Of a stretch of DNA of 64,000 nt, positions 37,648-48,900 are shown piece after piece. The notes under the pieces were generated by a model. It did no database searches. It saw nothing but the letters and a program-made list of their open reading frames with translations, and had not been told where the DNA came from. Location: assembly GCA_034780895.1 (NCBI GenBank), contig JAUZTB010000064.1, positions 118,914,536 to 118,978,535 of the forward strand. The letters run 5' to 3'. The stretch is from Rhynchobatus australiae. Lineage: Eukaryota. Each line of letters begins with the position of its first letter. Within the stretch, counting starts at the first letter, position 1. The translations under genes were made by a program, and so were the position numbers.

Positions 37648-37760
37648 GAGTCCTGATGCAGGGTTTTGACCCGAAACGTCTGCAATTCCGTCCCTCCACC
37701 CCCCCCCACAGATGTTGCTCAACCAGCTGAGTTCCTCCAGCAGATTGTTTGTTGCTCCAC
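37648..37760 (+). mobile_element. Penelope-related element with the best-preserved hammerhead-like core
   Basis: gagtc-CTGATGCA-GGGT-tttg-ACCC-GAAA-CGTC (core 37653-37680), then cagatgttgctcaaccagctgagttcctccagcagattgtttgttgctcca. Confidence 0.7.
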
Positions 37761-38284
37761 ATACCTTCACAATCTGTTTGCTATCCATTTTCTTCTTCAA
37801 ACTGTCTGATGGTCTTAGCACATGAATCTTATATAATCCTCCCTTTACTGCAGGTGTCATGATATTTGCTTTGTTTCNNNNNNNNNNNNNNNNNNNNNNN
37901 NNNNNNNNNNNNNNNNNNNNNNNNNNNNNNNNNNNNNNNNNNNNNNNNNNNNNNNNNNNNNNNNNNNNNNNNNNNNNTTTCTTCTTCAAACTGTCTGATG
38001 GTCTTAGCACATGAATCTTATATAATCCTCACTTTACTGCAGGTGTCATGATATTTGCTTTGTTTCAACTTCTTACCTTGCCTTCCAGTTTCAGCCGAAC
38101 CATACCCAGAAGCATCTTGTGTCTTCTGTGCACCAGCATTTCTGCAAGAGTGTATTCATCATGGAGTGCCGTGTTACTCTGAAGCTTGCAAGAAAATCTG
38201 TGAGTTGATATTTCGTAGTGAGACCTGATGTGCTGTGCGTGACTTGCTTCTTTTGCACCTCTTTCACTACACCAACTGATCTCT

Positions 38285-39253
38285 CAGCTTTTGATAAACA
38301 TTAAGGTGAATAAGTCCCCAGGTCATGATGGAATCTATCCCAGGACACTAAGGCAGGAGGTTGCTGGGGCCTTGACCAAGATCCTTGTACCTCTTTTGCC
38401 ACAGGCACAGTCCCAGAAAACTGAAAAATAGCCAATATTGTTCCTTTGTTTAGGAAGGGCAACAGGGACAAACCAAGAAATTATAGGTCAGTGTGCCTTA
38501 CATCAGCAGTAGGGAAATTACTGGAGAGGATTCTTAGGAACAGGATTTACTCGCGTTTAGAAAAGCATTGACTAATTAGGGATAGTCAACATGGCTTTGT
38601 GAGGGAGAAGTCCTGTCTCACAAATTTGAGTTATTTGAGGAAGTGACAGAGATGATTGATGAGGTTTGGGCAATGGATGTTGTCCACATGGACTTTAGTA
38701 AAGATTAGACAAGATTCCTCATGGTAGCCTAGTCCAGAAGATTAAGTCCCATGGGATCTATGGTGTGTTGGTAAATTGGATACAAAATTGAATTGGTTGT
38801 AGAAGACAGTGTTGGAGGGGTGTTCCTCTGACTGGAGGTCTGTGTTCTGCAAGGATCAATGCTGGCACTTCTGTTGTTCGTCATATATATAAATGATCTG
38901 AATGACAATGTAGGTGGTCTGATTAGTAAGTTTGCAGGTGACACAAAAATTGGTGGAGTTGCAGATAGTGAGGAAGGTTGTCAAAGGGTACAGCAGGATA
39001 TAGATCAGTTTGGCATTTGGGTGGAGAAATGGCAGATGGAGTTTAACCTGGACAAGTGTGAGGTGTTGCATTTTGGGAGGTCAAGTGCAAGAGGAAAGTA
39101 TACAGTAAATGGTAGGACACTTAGGAGCATTGATGGACAGAGGGAACTTGAGGTACAAGTCCATAGCTCTCTGAAAGTGGCAAAACAAGTAGATAGGGTG
39201 GTCAAGAAGGCATACAGCATACTTGCCTTCATCAGTTGGGGTACTTAGTGTAA
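38285..39253 (+). mobile_element. CR1 LINE reverse transcriptase fragment with frameshifts
   Basis: KSPGHDGIYPR, GNRDKPRNYR, QHGFV, YINDL..ISKFAGDTKIGG, WQMEFNLDKCEVLHFG. Confidence 0.9.
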
Positions 39254-39889
39254 NNNNNNNNNNNNNNNNNNNNNNNNNNNNNNNNNNNNNNNNNNNNNNN
39301 NNNNNNNNNNNNNNNNNNNNNNNNNNNNNNNNNNNNNNNNNNNNNNNNNNNNNNNNNNNNNNNNNNNNNNNNNNNNNNNNNNNNNNNNNNNNNNNNNNNN
39401 NNNNNNNNNNNNNNNNNNNNNNNNNNNNNNNNNNNNNNNNNNNNNNNNNNNNNNNNNNNNNNNNNNNNNNNNNNNNNNNNNNNNNNNNNNNNNNNNNNNN
39501 NNNNNNNNNNNNNNNNNNNNNNNNNNNNNNNNNNNNNNNNNNNNNNNNNNNNNNNNNNNNNNNNNNNNNNNNNNNNNNNNNNNNNNNNNNNNNNNNNNNN
39601 NNNNNNNNNNNNNNNNNNNNNNNNNNNNNNNNNNNNNNNNNNNNNNNNNNNNNNNNNNNNNNNNNNNNNNNNNNNNNNNNNNNNNNNNNNNNNNNNNNNN
39701 NNNNNNNNNNNNNNNNNNNNNNNNNNNNNNNNNNNNNNNNTGTTTCTGCTTCAGAGCACTCAGATGAAGAATCTCATGGGCCAAGCTATAGGAGAAAATT
39801 GATAGGACTATGTACCAAATGCTTATGAATTCTAAGCCTGCATTCAATGCCTAGGAACTTGAGGAAATCTGGCACCAAACTGGCAAGTT

Positions 39890-40172
39890 TGTGCAGCGCT
39901 TAGTGTAACACTATTACAACGCCAGTAACCCAGGTTCAATTCCACTGCTGTCTGTAGGGAGTTTGTATGTTCTCCCCATGACTGCATGGGTTTCTTTTGG
40001 ATGCTCCAGTTTCCTCCCACATTCCAAAGACGTACAGGTTAGGAGCTGTGGGCGTGCTATGTTGGCGCCAGAAAAGTGGCAACACTTGCGGGCTGCCCCC
40101 AGCACATTCTACGCAAAGGACGCATTTCACTGTGTGTTTCGATGTACATGTGACTAATAAATAAATATCTTA
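39890..40172 (+). mobile_element. V-domain SINE, near full length
   Basis: tRNA-like head (agcgcttagtgtaacactattacaacgccag...ggttcaattcc), V-domain, and tail ...gtacatgtgactaataaataaatatctta. Confidence 0.8.
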
Positions 40173-40739
40173 AAACTTGGAACTCGGCCTTTGCAGCTGA
40201 GAACTGGTAACCTTCTCCATTTGCACATTGTAATCCCAAACATTATGCAGCACCAGATGACCAATGTCTTAAATTCTATTGTAGGACAAGCAACTATTTG
40301 AATGTAAAATGGACTACTGTATTGCAAGGTCATATTGCTGCCATCACGGCTGTGGATTATGGTGTTCAAAGAGTCTTGCAGGGTGTGTTAGAGTCCAGCA
40401 ATCTATCCTTCAACTGATTACTAGGTTTCCAGAAGCACCATCCTCATTGGTAATGATTCCATTGAGACAAACCTGCTATCCCCTCTCGTCCTGATGCCAT
40501 TTTTCCTTCCCATCCCTGCTCTCCACCATTACCCCTTTGCTATTTACTGTCAGCCAGCCAGCGAGCCCAGACTGTTGTTGCCCATGCCAGGATGGTTGAA
40601 CCAGGTATCCTCAACCTAGAACCTCAAGAGTATCTTTCAAGGCTGTTTACAGTCTCCTTCGCTGGAAGTCGGAAGCCTTCCTCCAGCCATGTTACAGCCA
40701 CTGGGGTAGCACTATGTAAAAACATACTAAAATAACGTA

Positions 40740-41830
40740 AGAAGAAGAACCAAGAAAAGTCCAATCAACTCCCATTTAGTAACATCACACATGTTCCTCT
40801 CTCACACCCATGTTCCTCTCTTGATTCCTTTAATGGCTATAAAGTTATAAATCTTAACCTTGAATATACACAAGGGCTAAGTGACTACGCCCTCTGGGGC
40901 AGAGAATTCTAAGGATTCACAGCCCTCTGAATAAGGATATTCTTTCCCATCTGTCCTAAATGGACGTCTTACTTATCCCGAGAAGATTCCCCCTATTTTT
41001 AGATTGTCTACACAGAGTAGCCAGTCTAACAGCATCTATCTTGTTATTTTCTCTCTGGATCTTGTATTTTAATGCATCAGCCTCGCTCTCTCAATCTCCA
41101 ATGAGTATTGGTCAATCTTCCTCAATGTTTCCCATCCCAGGAATCATGGCTGGGATTCCACTAAATCCCTGTAGGAATAACCAAAGAGGTTGCTGCACTG
41201 ATTCCAAGTATATCCAACTGTGCTATTACCAGAGTAGTGTATAATTTCAACAAAACTTCTTTACTCAACCTCTTTACAATATAGAATAACATTTAATTTG
41301 TCTTCCTAATTGCCTGTTGTACCTGCAGGGTAATCCATTGACTTTCTTCTGCTAACAGTGCCAGATCACCTCCTACACCAACATTTATTTGTTTCTCACT
41401 GTTTAAAAAATGTTCTATTTTTCTATTCTTNNNNNNNNNNNNNNNNNNNNNNNNNNNNNNNNNNNNNNNNNNNNNNNNNNNNNNNNNNNNNNNNNNNNNN
41501 NNNNNNNNNNNNNNNNNNNNNNNNNNNNNNNNNNNNNNNNNNNNNNNNNNNNNNNNNNNNNNNNNNNNNNNNNNNNNCTTAGCACTCGATCCTTTCAACT
41601 CAGTCACAGTACAGATTGTAAAGTAGCTGAGACCCTAGCACCAATGCTTGTGTCACACCTCACTGGTAGCAGTTTGCCAATCTGAAAGTGGCTTATTTAT
41701 TTCTACTTTCTGTTTTCTCCTCCCGACCAATTCTTCATGCTAATATAGAATCCCCAATCCTGTGAGTTCTTTTCTTTGCAATAACCTTTTGTATTAGATG
41801 CCTTTTGGAGATCAAGTACACTGCAGGGAG
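40740..41830 (-). mobile_element. Decayed CR1 fragments
   Basis: Minus-strand QVQQAIRKTN motif and CR1 3' end signatures. Confidence 0.55.
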
Positions 41831-42354
41831 AGATTAATGCATGCTAAAAAGGGCACAGATATTAAGGCAAAGCACAACGGTGATCAGTTTCATTTTGTAC
41901 TTGATACAGTATCAATTCATTTAAAAATTTGGTTTGGAATGTTTTGTGGTGAATTTTAATTCTGCATTATGGCCATTAACAAAGGGCAAGTAGTGTGGGG
42001 TTTTTTTTGTGAATGAGGAATTGAGAAGTGCTTACTGATATAATACTCAGATTAGTTCTTCATGAACAATCGAGCAGAAAGTGGGTGTCTGGGTTGCAGC
42101 CTTGGTTCTCCTCTTCCTCCTCCTCCTGCTTATGGTTTTGCTTCTCAGCAACACCTCACGGATTGGAGTGGGGGGGGGGGCGAGGGGGGCTCAAGAAGGC
42201 TGTTCCCACATGAAACTTCAACTCAGCAGATGGGTCAAATGGCATTTGTGGGGTTTTGGGAGAGTGAGAGTAGAGTTGGCACTCTGATTACTGACCAGCC
42301 ATGGGATGGGTGAGGGAGGAGAATGGGGGAATCATTGCCCCGGGACTTCAACTA

Positions 42355-42920
42355 TTTCCTCTCTCTGCAGATTCTCCTGAGCAGAAGACGGTTCGCAGGT
42401 TTTTCTGTTTTTGTTTCAAATTTCCGGCACCTGTGGTATCTTTATGCTTTGCAATCAATATCATATTCTAACATATCTCAGTTCTTCCATCTCCACAGAT
42501 GCTGCCTGACCTGCTGGGCTTTCCCAGCATGCTCTTCAGCTTCCGGTTTCCAGCAACTGCTCTCTTCTGTACCTCACAGTTCTAGCAGAATTTTTTTACT
42601 TCCTTCCTCTGCCCTCTCTCTATTTGCATCTCCTTCAGATGAATTAGCTGCCACTAACAAACTTTCATAGCCCTTTCCCAGTCACCACCACTCTGTGCCA
42701 TCCATTTTCTCTGAGTCTCCATTCTATCAAAGACATCTGATTTTCTCTCTCTATCGCTACAAATTTAAACATGTCTGCTTTCTAATTTTTTTCACATCTC
42801 TGAAGAAAAATCATCAACCTGAGGCATTAACTCTGTTTCTCTCTCCACAGGTACTACCCGACTTTTTGCGTATTTAGATTCTACTTCAGATTTCTACCAT
42901 CTGCATTTTTTTTTTGCTTT
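42355..42920 (+). mobile_element. Three direct, decayed arms of the Penelope-related element
   Basis: Arms near 42360, 42490 (ctccacagatgctgcctgacctgctg) and 42800 (ctgaagaaaaatcatcaacctgaggcattaactctgtttctctctccacag). Confidence 0.55.
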
Positions 42921-44346
42921 CTTAATTCATCATTCCTGTAACACGGAATCTGTTCAATATAAACTTTCTGAACAAAGTAATACAGATTTCAGATGGAGGT
43001 AAATATGTGCAGATCACTCCAGGATCTGAGCAAGTAAAGGAAGAATTGAGCACATAATACAGCCTGACAACTTCAGCACGAAAGAAAGAAATGTTGCATT
43101 ATTAGAGGCGAGATGTTAAATTAAGCATGTTTTGCCTGTTCAAGTGGATGTAAATAATCCCATGGCACCATTTGAAGAGGAAAGAAGCATTGTCCTGACC
43201 AATATTCATTCTNNNNNNNNNNNNNNNNNNNNNNNNNNNNNNNNNNNNNNNNNNNNNNNNNNNNNNNNNNNNNNNNNNNNNNNNNNNNNNNNNNNNNNNN
43301 NNNNNNNNNNNNNNNNNNNNNNNNNNNNNNNNNNNNNNNNNNNNNNNNNNNNNNNNNNNNNNNNNNNNNNNNNNNNNNNNNNNNNNNNNNNNNNNNNNNN
43401 NNNNNNNNNNNNNNNNNNNNNNNNNNNNNNNNNNNNNNNNNNNNNNNNNNNNNNNNNNNNNNNNNNNNNNNNNNNNNNNNNNNNNNNNNNNNNNNNNNNN
43501 NNNNNNNNNNNNNNNNNNNNNNNNNNNNNNNNNNNNNNNNNNNNNNNNNNNNNNNNNNNNNNNNNNNNNNNNNNNNNNNNNNNNNNNNNNNNNNNNNNNN
43601 NNNNNNNNNNNNNNNNNNNNNNNNNNNNNNNGGATATACAAGAACAACTAAATAGCAGGAGTAGGCCTTTAGGCTCTTCAAGCCTGTCCAGTGTTTAATA
43701 CGATCATGGCTAATCAACACCAGCCTCAACTCCTCTTCCGTGCCACTTCTATAAGAATATAAGCTCCACTCCAGGCACCCGGTGGCAAGCAGGAACAGGC
43801 TGGTTGGTATCCTGTGAGTAAATTAAAATTGAAATTCTTTAGACTTTGTCAGAGCCCCTGTTGGAGAAAGGAAAGGATCAGGAGGAAAACCATGAGGCAG
43901 GCAATAAGGTCTCAGCTACTCTTCTCTTCCACAGAATAATCTCACACGTGAGACTTGATCTATGACAGAACAACAGATAGAACTGGAGATTGCAGAGATG
44001 CCAGCCAGCACCTGTATCAATGTGCGTGTGAGTGAATAAAATATTTTGTCTAGAAAATTGCAGCAAGGACAAAAGATATTGAATTAAGGTATGTGTTTTT
44101 TTTTTGGGTACTTGGTGTATTCACAGTAACATTTAGAGTCAGCCTAGGGACCAATTATTTTTATGTAGTGAAATTAAATTAATGTTAATTTACCCCAACT
44201 TGTTCCAGCTTCTAAATGCAACCAACAAAATTAAAAAGCAAAATAAGGTCAGGTATCTTTTGTGCAATGTGTTGCAATGAGTTTTATAGACAAAAAGCAC
44301 AGATGATATTCAGTAAATGAGTAAATACCTGAGGATAATTAAGCAT

Positions 44347-44352
44347 TTTATT
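44347..44352 (-). promoter_or_regulatory. Candidate MGST2 polyadenylation signal
   Basis: Plus-strand tttatt reads AATAAA on the minus strand, about 120 nt after the stop codon. Confidence 0.5.
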
Positions 44353-44474
44353 TTGCATTTTAGTGTCATATATGTGAATTACAGATATTCATGAAAGACT
44401 GTTTTCAGTTCTGCAATATTTGAAGCATAAAATATACAATATCCATCTGTATTTTTGGGTCAACTACATGCACA

Positions 44475-44610
44475 TTATAAAAACATTTTTCTCATCCTTT
44501 TAGCCAAGTTAAAATCAAAATATTTGTCAGACAAAGAATTTGCGATCCCTCCAATACTCAGACTGGTTAATATCAGCAGCATCGCTATACCAATTCTGAA
44601 CCCAGGGAGC
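44475..44610 (-). CDS. MGST2: MGST2 last coding exon (136 nt including TAA)
   Basis: Minus strand tttgttttcag|G CTC CCT GGG TTC... translates (R)LPGFRIGIAMLLILTSLSIGGIANSLSDKYFDFNLAKRMRKMFL*, compared with recalled human ITGFRLSLGIL...GIANSFLDEYLDLNIAKKLRRQF. Exon 1 was not found and probably lies beyond 64000. Confidence 0.94.
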
Positions 44611-45009
44611 CTGAAAACAAAAATAACTGTATGAGAAGAGAATCACACAATTGTCTAATTACAATTTATTTTTGAATACACTTGATGTTATCATAGTCCA
44701 TTTTTTCCATTCCCGGCTCACATTGACTCAGTGTGCAAGTGGTCGAGCCTGTGAGCTGAATACAGACAACCAAATCTTCCCTATTGTTCCAAAGCAAGGG
44801 AAGAGCAAAAAAAAAACAAAGGTTTTGGTTTCCCTTCACCTTACTGATACCTGCTGCAATGTTTATGCAATGGACATTCAGTGGGAATATCAGATTAGAA
44901 AAGTCAGCAGACAGCCTCTGGCCACACAAAAGGATTGCACATGGTCCCAGAGATGCATCCATTAATGGAAAATGTAGGCTTTGGAAAATGGCACCCTTTT
45001 CACTTTCAG

Positions 45010-45775
45010 AAGGTTGTAGGGGTTGAATCCCTCTAGAACTCTGCAGTCATAAACAAGACCTACACTCCAGGGCAATATGGAACCAGCTCTGCTTTGAAGG
45101 AGGTGCCATCTTTCAGATAAAATGCTGAGGCCCCAACCAACCTTTGAGATTGATAAAAGAAACTGACTGAACTGTCCTGGCATCCTATCCATCAACTAGC
45201 AACTTCAAACCAATAACCTGGTTATTGATTTCACAGCCCTTTCTGCTGCCAGACCTGGGCTAAATTCATTCCTTAGTTACAACAGTGATCACAAGAGAGT
45301 AATGGAATATTCTCTGCTTGCCTGAGAGAGCTTAATCAAACAACTCAAAACCATAAAGGACAAAGTAGTCTGTTTGATTGGCACCCCACCAACCATCTTA
45401 AACATCCACTCTTTCCAATACTTGCTTACTTTAGCTTCAATGCCATCATCAAAATACATTGCAATTGCTTTGCCAATATTTTCTCAACAGCATCTACCAA
45501 ATCCATGACCACTTCTACCTCAAAAGACATGGGCAGCAGGGAGATGTGAACATCCAAATTCCCCTGTCTCAACTTGGAAATATATTGCTGATCCTTTTTT
45601 ATCACTGCATTAAAGTCCTAGAGTTTTCTACCTAAGAGCTCTGTGGGAGCATTTTTCTTCACATTATCTGAAGCAGTTCAAAATGATGGTTCACAACATC
45701 TTCTCAAGAGCAGTTTGGGATGAAATTTGAATACTGGTTTTGCCAGTAATGGCCCCATCTCATGAGTGAATAAGA
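45010..45775 (+). mobile_element. Deu-domain SINE fragment followed by a LINE 3' tail
   Basis: ggaggtgccatctttcagataaaatgctgaggcccc matches the Deu domain. The tail ends ...ttgccagtaatggccccatctcatgagtgaataa. Confidence 0.55.
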
Positions 45776-45843
45776 ATAATACAATATATCTGTCCTCTCA
45801 GTTGGAAATGGGGAGAGCATTGAGAGAGGGGTGGGAAGCCTAC

Positions 45844-45925
45844 CTTCTCTTTGTTGATTCTGCATATCCATTAAAGAACATGCACCGACTGAACAGGTAG
45901 ACAAGACCAATGACTGAGGCAATTT
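45844..45925 (-). CDS. MGST2: MGST2 coding exon 4 (82 nt)
   Basis: Minus strand ttttcattcag|AA ATT GCC...AGA AG|gtaggc translates (E)IASVIGLVYLFSRCMFFNGYAESTKR(R). Phases are consistent with exons 3 and 5. Confidence 0.95.
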
Positions 45926-48900
45926 CTGAATGAAAAAAAAGACAAAACATATAATTTTTTACACAATCAAAGTCATCTGATTAAAGTCAACATAATTTGG
46001 TGCATTTTATCAATTATATTTGCTGTATTGTTGGAATCCAAGAGCAAAATTTCAGCTTGAAATACCATGATACCATTTGGTATCAGTTATCACAAAGCAA
46101 TGACTATAAATTTTTATGGCAGTAATTGGGATGTAACAACTAGTTTTAATGTTTCTTGACTTGGCACTGGCCTCTGATGTAGAGGAAGTCCAATACTAGC
46201 TTAACTTCTTTGTGATGCTGCTGTGTATGAACACCAGGTAAATACTAGACTCTGCCAGACTATGATGCTTTCCATTGTCAAATAGCCTAATCCTTTAGGT
46301 TCACATATAGAATGGCAACTTAGATAAGGTGCAGGTGACCCATGTAACAGTAGTAGCCCAACCAAAGGAGGGGGTGGGGGGAAGATTGTAGAAATGGACA
46401 GGTCAAGGAAAATTTGAACAGGAATCCTTGAAAATATGAAGTAACCTATAATTTTTAATTGTGCCACATGGCGATGAAATGGTTAAAAGTAAAATGTTTG
46501 TCCTATGGAATGTCTTTGTAACAATTTAGTGAAAATGCTTTGTCAACAGAAGCTGTTCATGGTCGACCAGATTCACCTTAATCTCTGTAGGTCTAGANNN
46601 NNNNNNNNNNNNNNNNNNNNNNNNNNNNNNNNNNNNNNNNNNNNNNNNNNNNNNNNNNNNNNNNNNNNNNNNNNNNNNNNNNNNNNNNNNNNNNNNNAAC
46701 AAAATAGCCTGTTAAATTATGCTGCTATGTCCATTCTGCCTTGACTCCCTCCGAGCTGACAACAACTTGAAGACTTTAAACTGGAGGGAGAGGAGGCTGA
46801 CTGGAGAGAGGAAAGAAGTTAAAAACACAGGCAGAGGAATAGGCCATATGGCCAATCCAGCCTGCTTCACTAGTCATTAAATTGCTGGCTGATCTTCTAC
46901 CCCGGTGCCACTTATCTCCATCTCACTTCATTCCCTTAGAATGTGTGCATTTGTGTGAGAAGGAGACTGTGCAAGAAAAGAGAGCGAGATGGGGGGAGGG
47001 GGGGGGAAGAAGATAAGCATTGCATGACTTAACACAGGTGCCAGGATTTTTCCCTTCTTCTGTGGAAGCATCTACTTTTACAAGCCCACTTTACATTACC
47101 CCGGCTCAATTAGTAATTCTTAGCCATACGGAAACAACCCTATAACTAAAATTTTAGAATTACATTCAATTCCTATGATGAATTAAATTAAATTTGATAA
47201 GTCTTTCTTTTGAAGCTAGATTTAAACGTGATGGCATTCATTTTAATGCTCCAATGTGAATGTTATAACTGGCAATCTAATGATAGATTTCTATTTACCC
47301 TACAGAAGTCTATTTCATCCTCTCAGTTTTGTACCATGTGTCCTGCTGATCAACTCCCTGTCACAATCTGGCCTTGAATAGCACTTCCTCCTGTTCATCA
47401 GCCAAACTGTGGCGCAGTCACAAAACAAAGCTACATTAATAGGTACCAGCAGTCAGAACTGAACAGAAAATGTTGCACTGTAGCTTATGCAAAAGTCAGT
47501 GACGTGACAACTTATTGACGTTAGTACCAATGCTGTATTTAGTGCAAAGGTGACTTGTTAAACCTCTGCTTGTTCTCTCATTCCCTTTCAACCACTACTA
47601 ACTGAGTAGTGGCGAATTCAATCAAGCCATAATAAACCTCAGATTTGAGCATTCACCTCCTGAAGATGAATTTTGGCATCCAAACAAATTAATTGAGGCA
47701 AGATGTAGTGTTTCCTAGCTGCACCAGAAGGGACAGCACATTATTAATGAGAGGATATCAGCTTGCCATATTAGATGTGCTTACATAACCTATAAAGTTT
47801 CCTGCAGCTTTTATACAAAGGGTTTAATTAAGATCCAATTGTTTAGGAAAAAGAAAGTATTTTTTTAAAAATTGAATTATTGACAGCTTCATACTAAGCT
47901 GCACTAAATCCAAAATTCTGTGATGGCTTGATTGAATAATGCTGCACATAGTGTAGTCCTATGTTGCACATTCTGTGGAAGCTCCGGGCCCGATTGCTGA
48001 TTCGTGGTGCATTAATCTATGTGCCAATGAAGACCTATGACTGGCAAATAACTCCCAAGGCGAGACAGCCTGCCCAGACTGTGTGTCTCGGCTCAAGTGT
48101 GGAAAATGGCCACTTAGATGTGGTCCTTTGAGGGTCTGAAGCATGGTGGAACTTTACCTCAGGATGTCTGAACCATTGAGAGAGGAGGGTTGCAGAACTT
48201 GGAATGAGGTGGGGGCTGAAAACAATAGACATGAATGCATTTTCTAACATTTGCTGCAATGTTTATGACTTGTAACGTTTCATATCAAAATGACCACCCG
48301 CTTAACAAGGCTTTATGCAACATTTCACTTCCACAAAACCATCTTGTGAAAGTTGTTGAAATATTACCGTACTGTTGGATCCAGTTATTTTCGAATCCAC
48401 AGGTTCCCTCAGGAGGCCAAGAATGAATTGAAAACAACTTGATGCTTCACAAAGTTTTATTGGAAAAAATTAAAACAAAGAAACAGTCACAGATGACATG
48501 GCACTAGTTTTACTACTGGGAGATGAGNNNNNNNNNNNNNNNNNNNNNNNNNNNNNNNNNNNNNNNNNNNNNNNNNNNNNNNNNNNNNNNNNNNNNNNNN
48601 NNNNNNNNNNNNNNNNNNNNNNNNNNNNNNNNNNNNNNNNNNNNNNNNNNNNNNNNNNNNNNNNNNNNNNNNNNNNNNNNNNNNNNNNNNNNNNNNNNNN
48701 NNNNNNNNNNNNNNNNNNNNNNNNNNNNNNNNNNNNNNNNNNNNNNNNNNNNNNNNNNNNNNNNNNNNNNNNNNNNNNNNNNNNNNNNNNNNNNNNNNNN
48801 NNNNNNNNNNNNNNNNNNNNNNNNNNNNNNNNNNNNNNNNNNNNNNNNNNNNNNNNNNNNNNNNNNNNNNNNNNNNNNNNNNNNNNNNNNNNNNNNNNNN

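Noticed and set aside
37788-38067. About 90-bp direct repeat as a biological duplication
   Set aside because: The near-identical copies flank a ~100-N gap, typical of unmerged contig or haplotype overlap.
38859-39248. Reverse transcriptase ORF as an active or domesticated gene
   Set aside because: Upstream frameshifts and stops, and the catalytic FADD motif is mutated to FAGD. It is a dead CR1 copy.
42165-42190. G-runs as functional G-quadruplexes (also 5823-5840 and 46991-47006)
   Set aside because: Short poly-G tracts in or near repeats with no supporting context.
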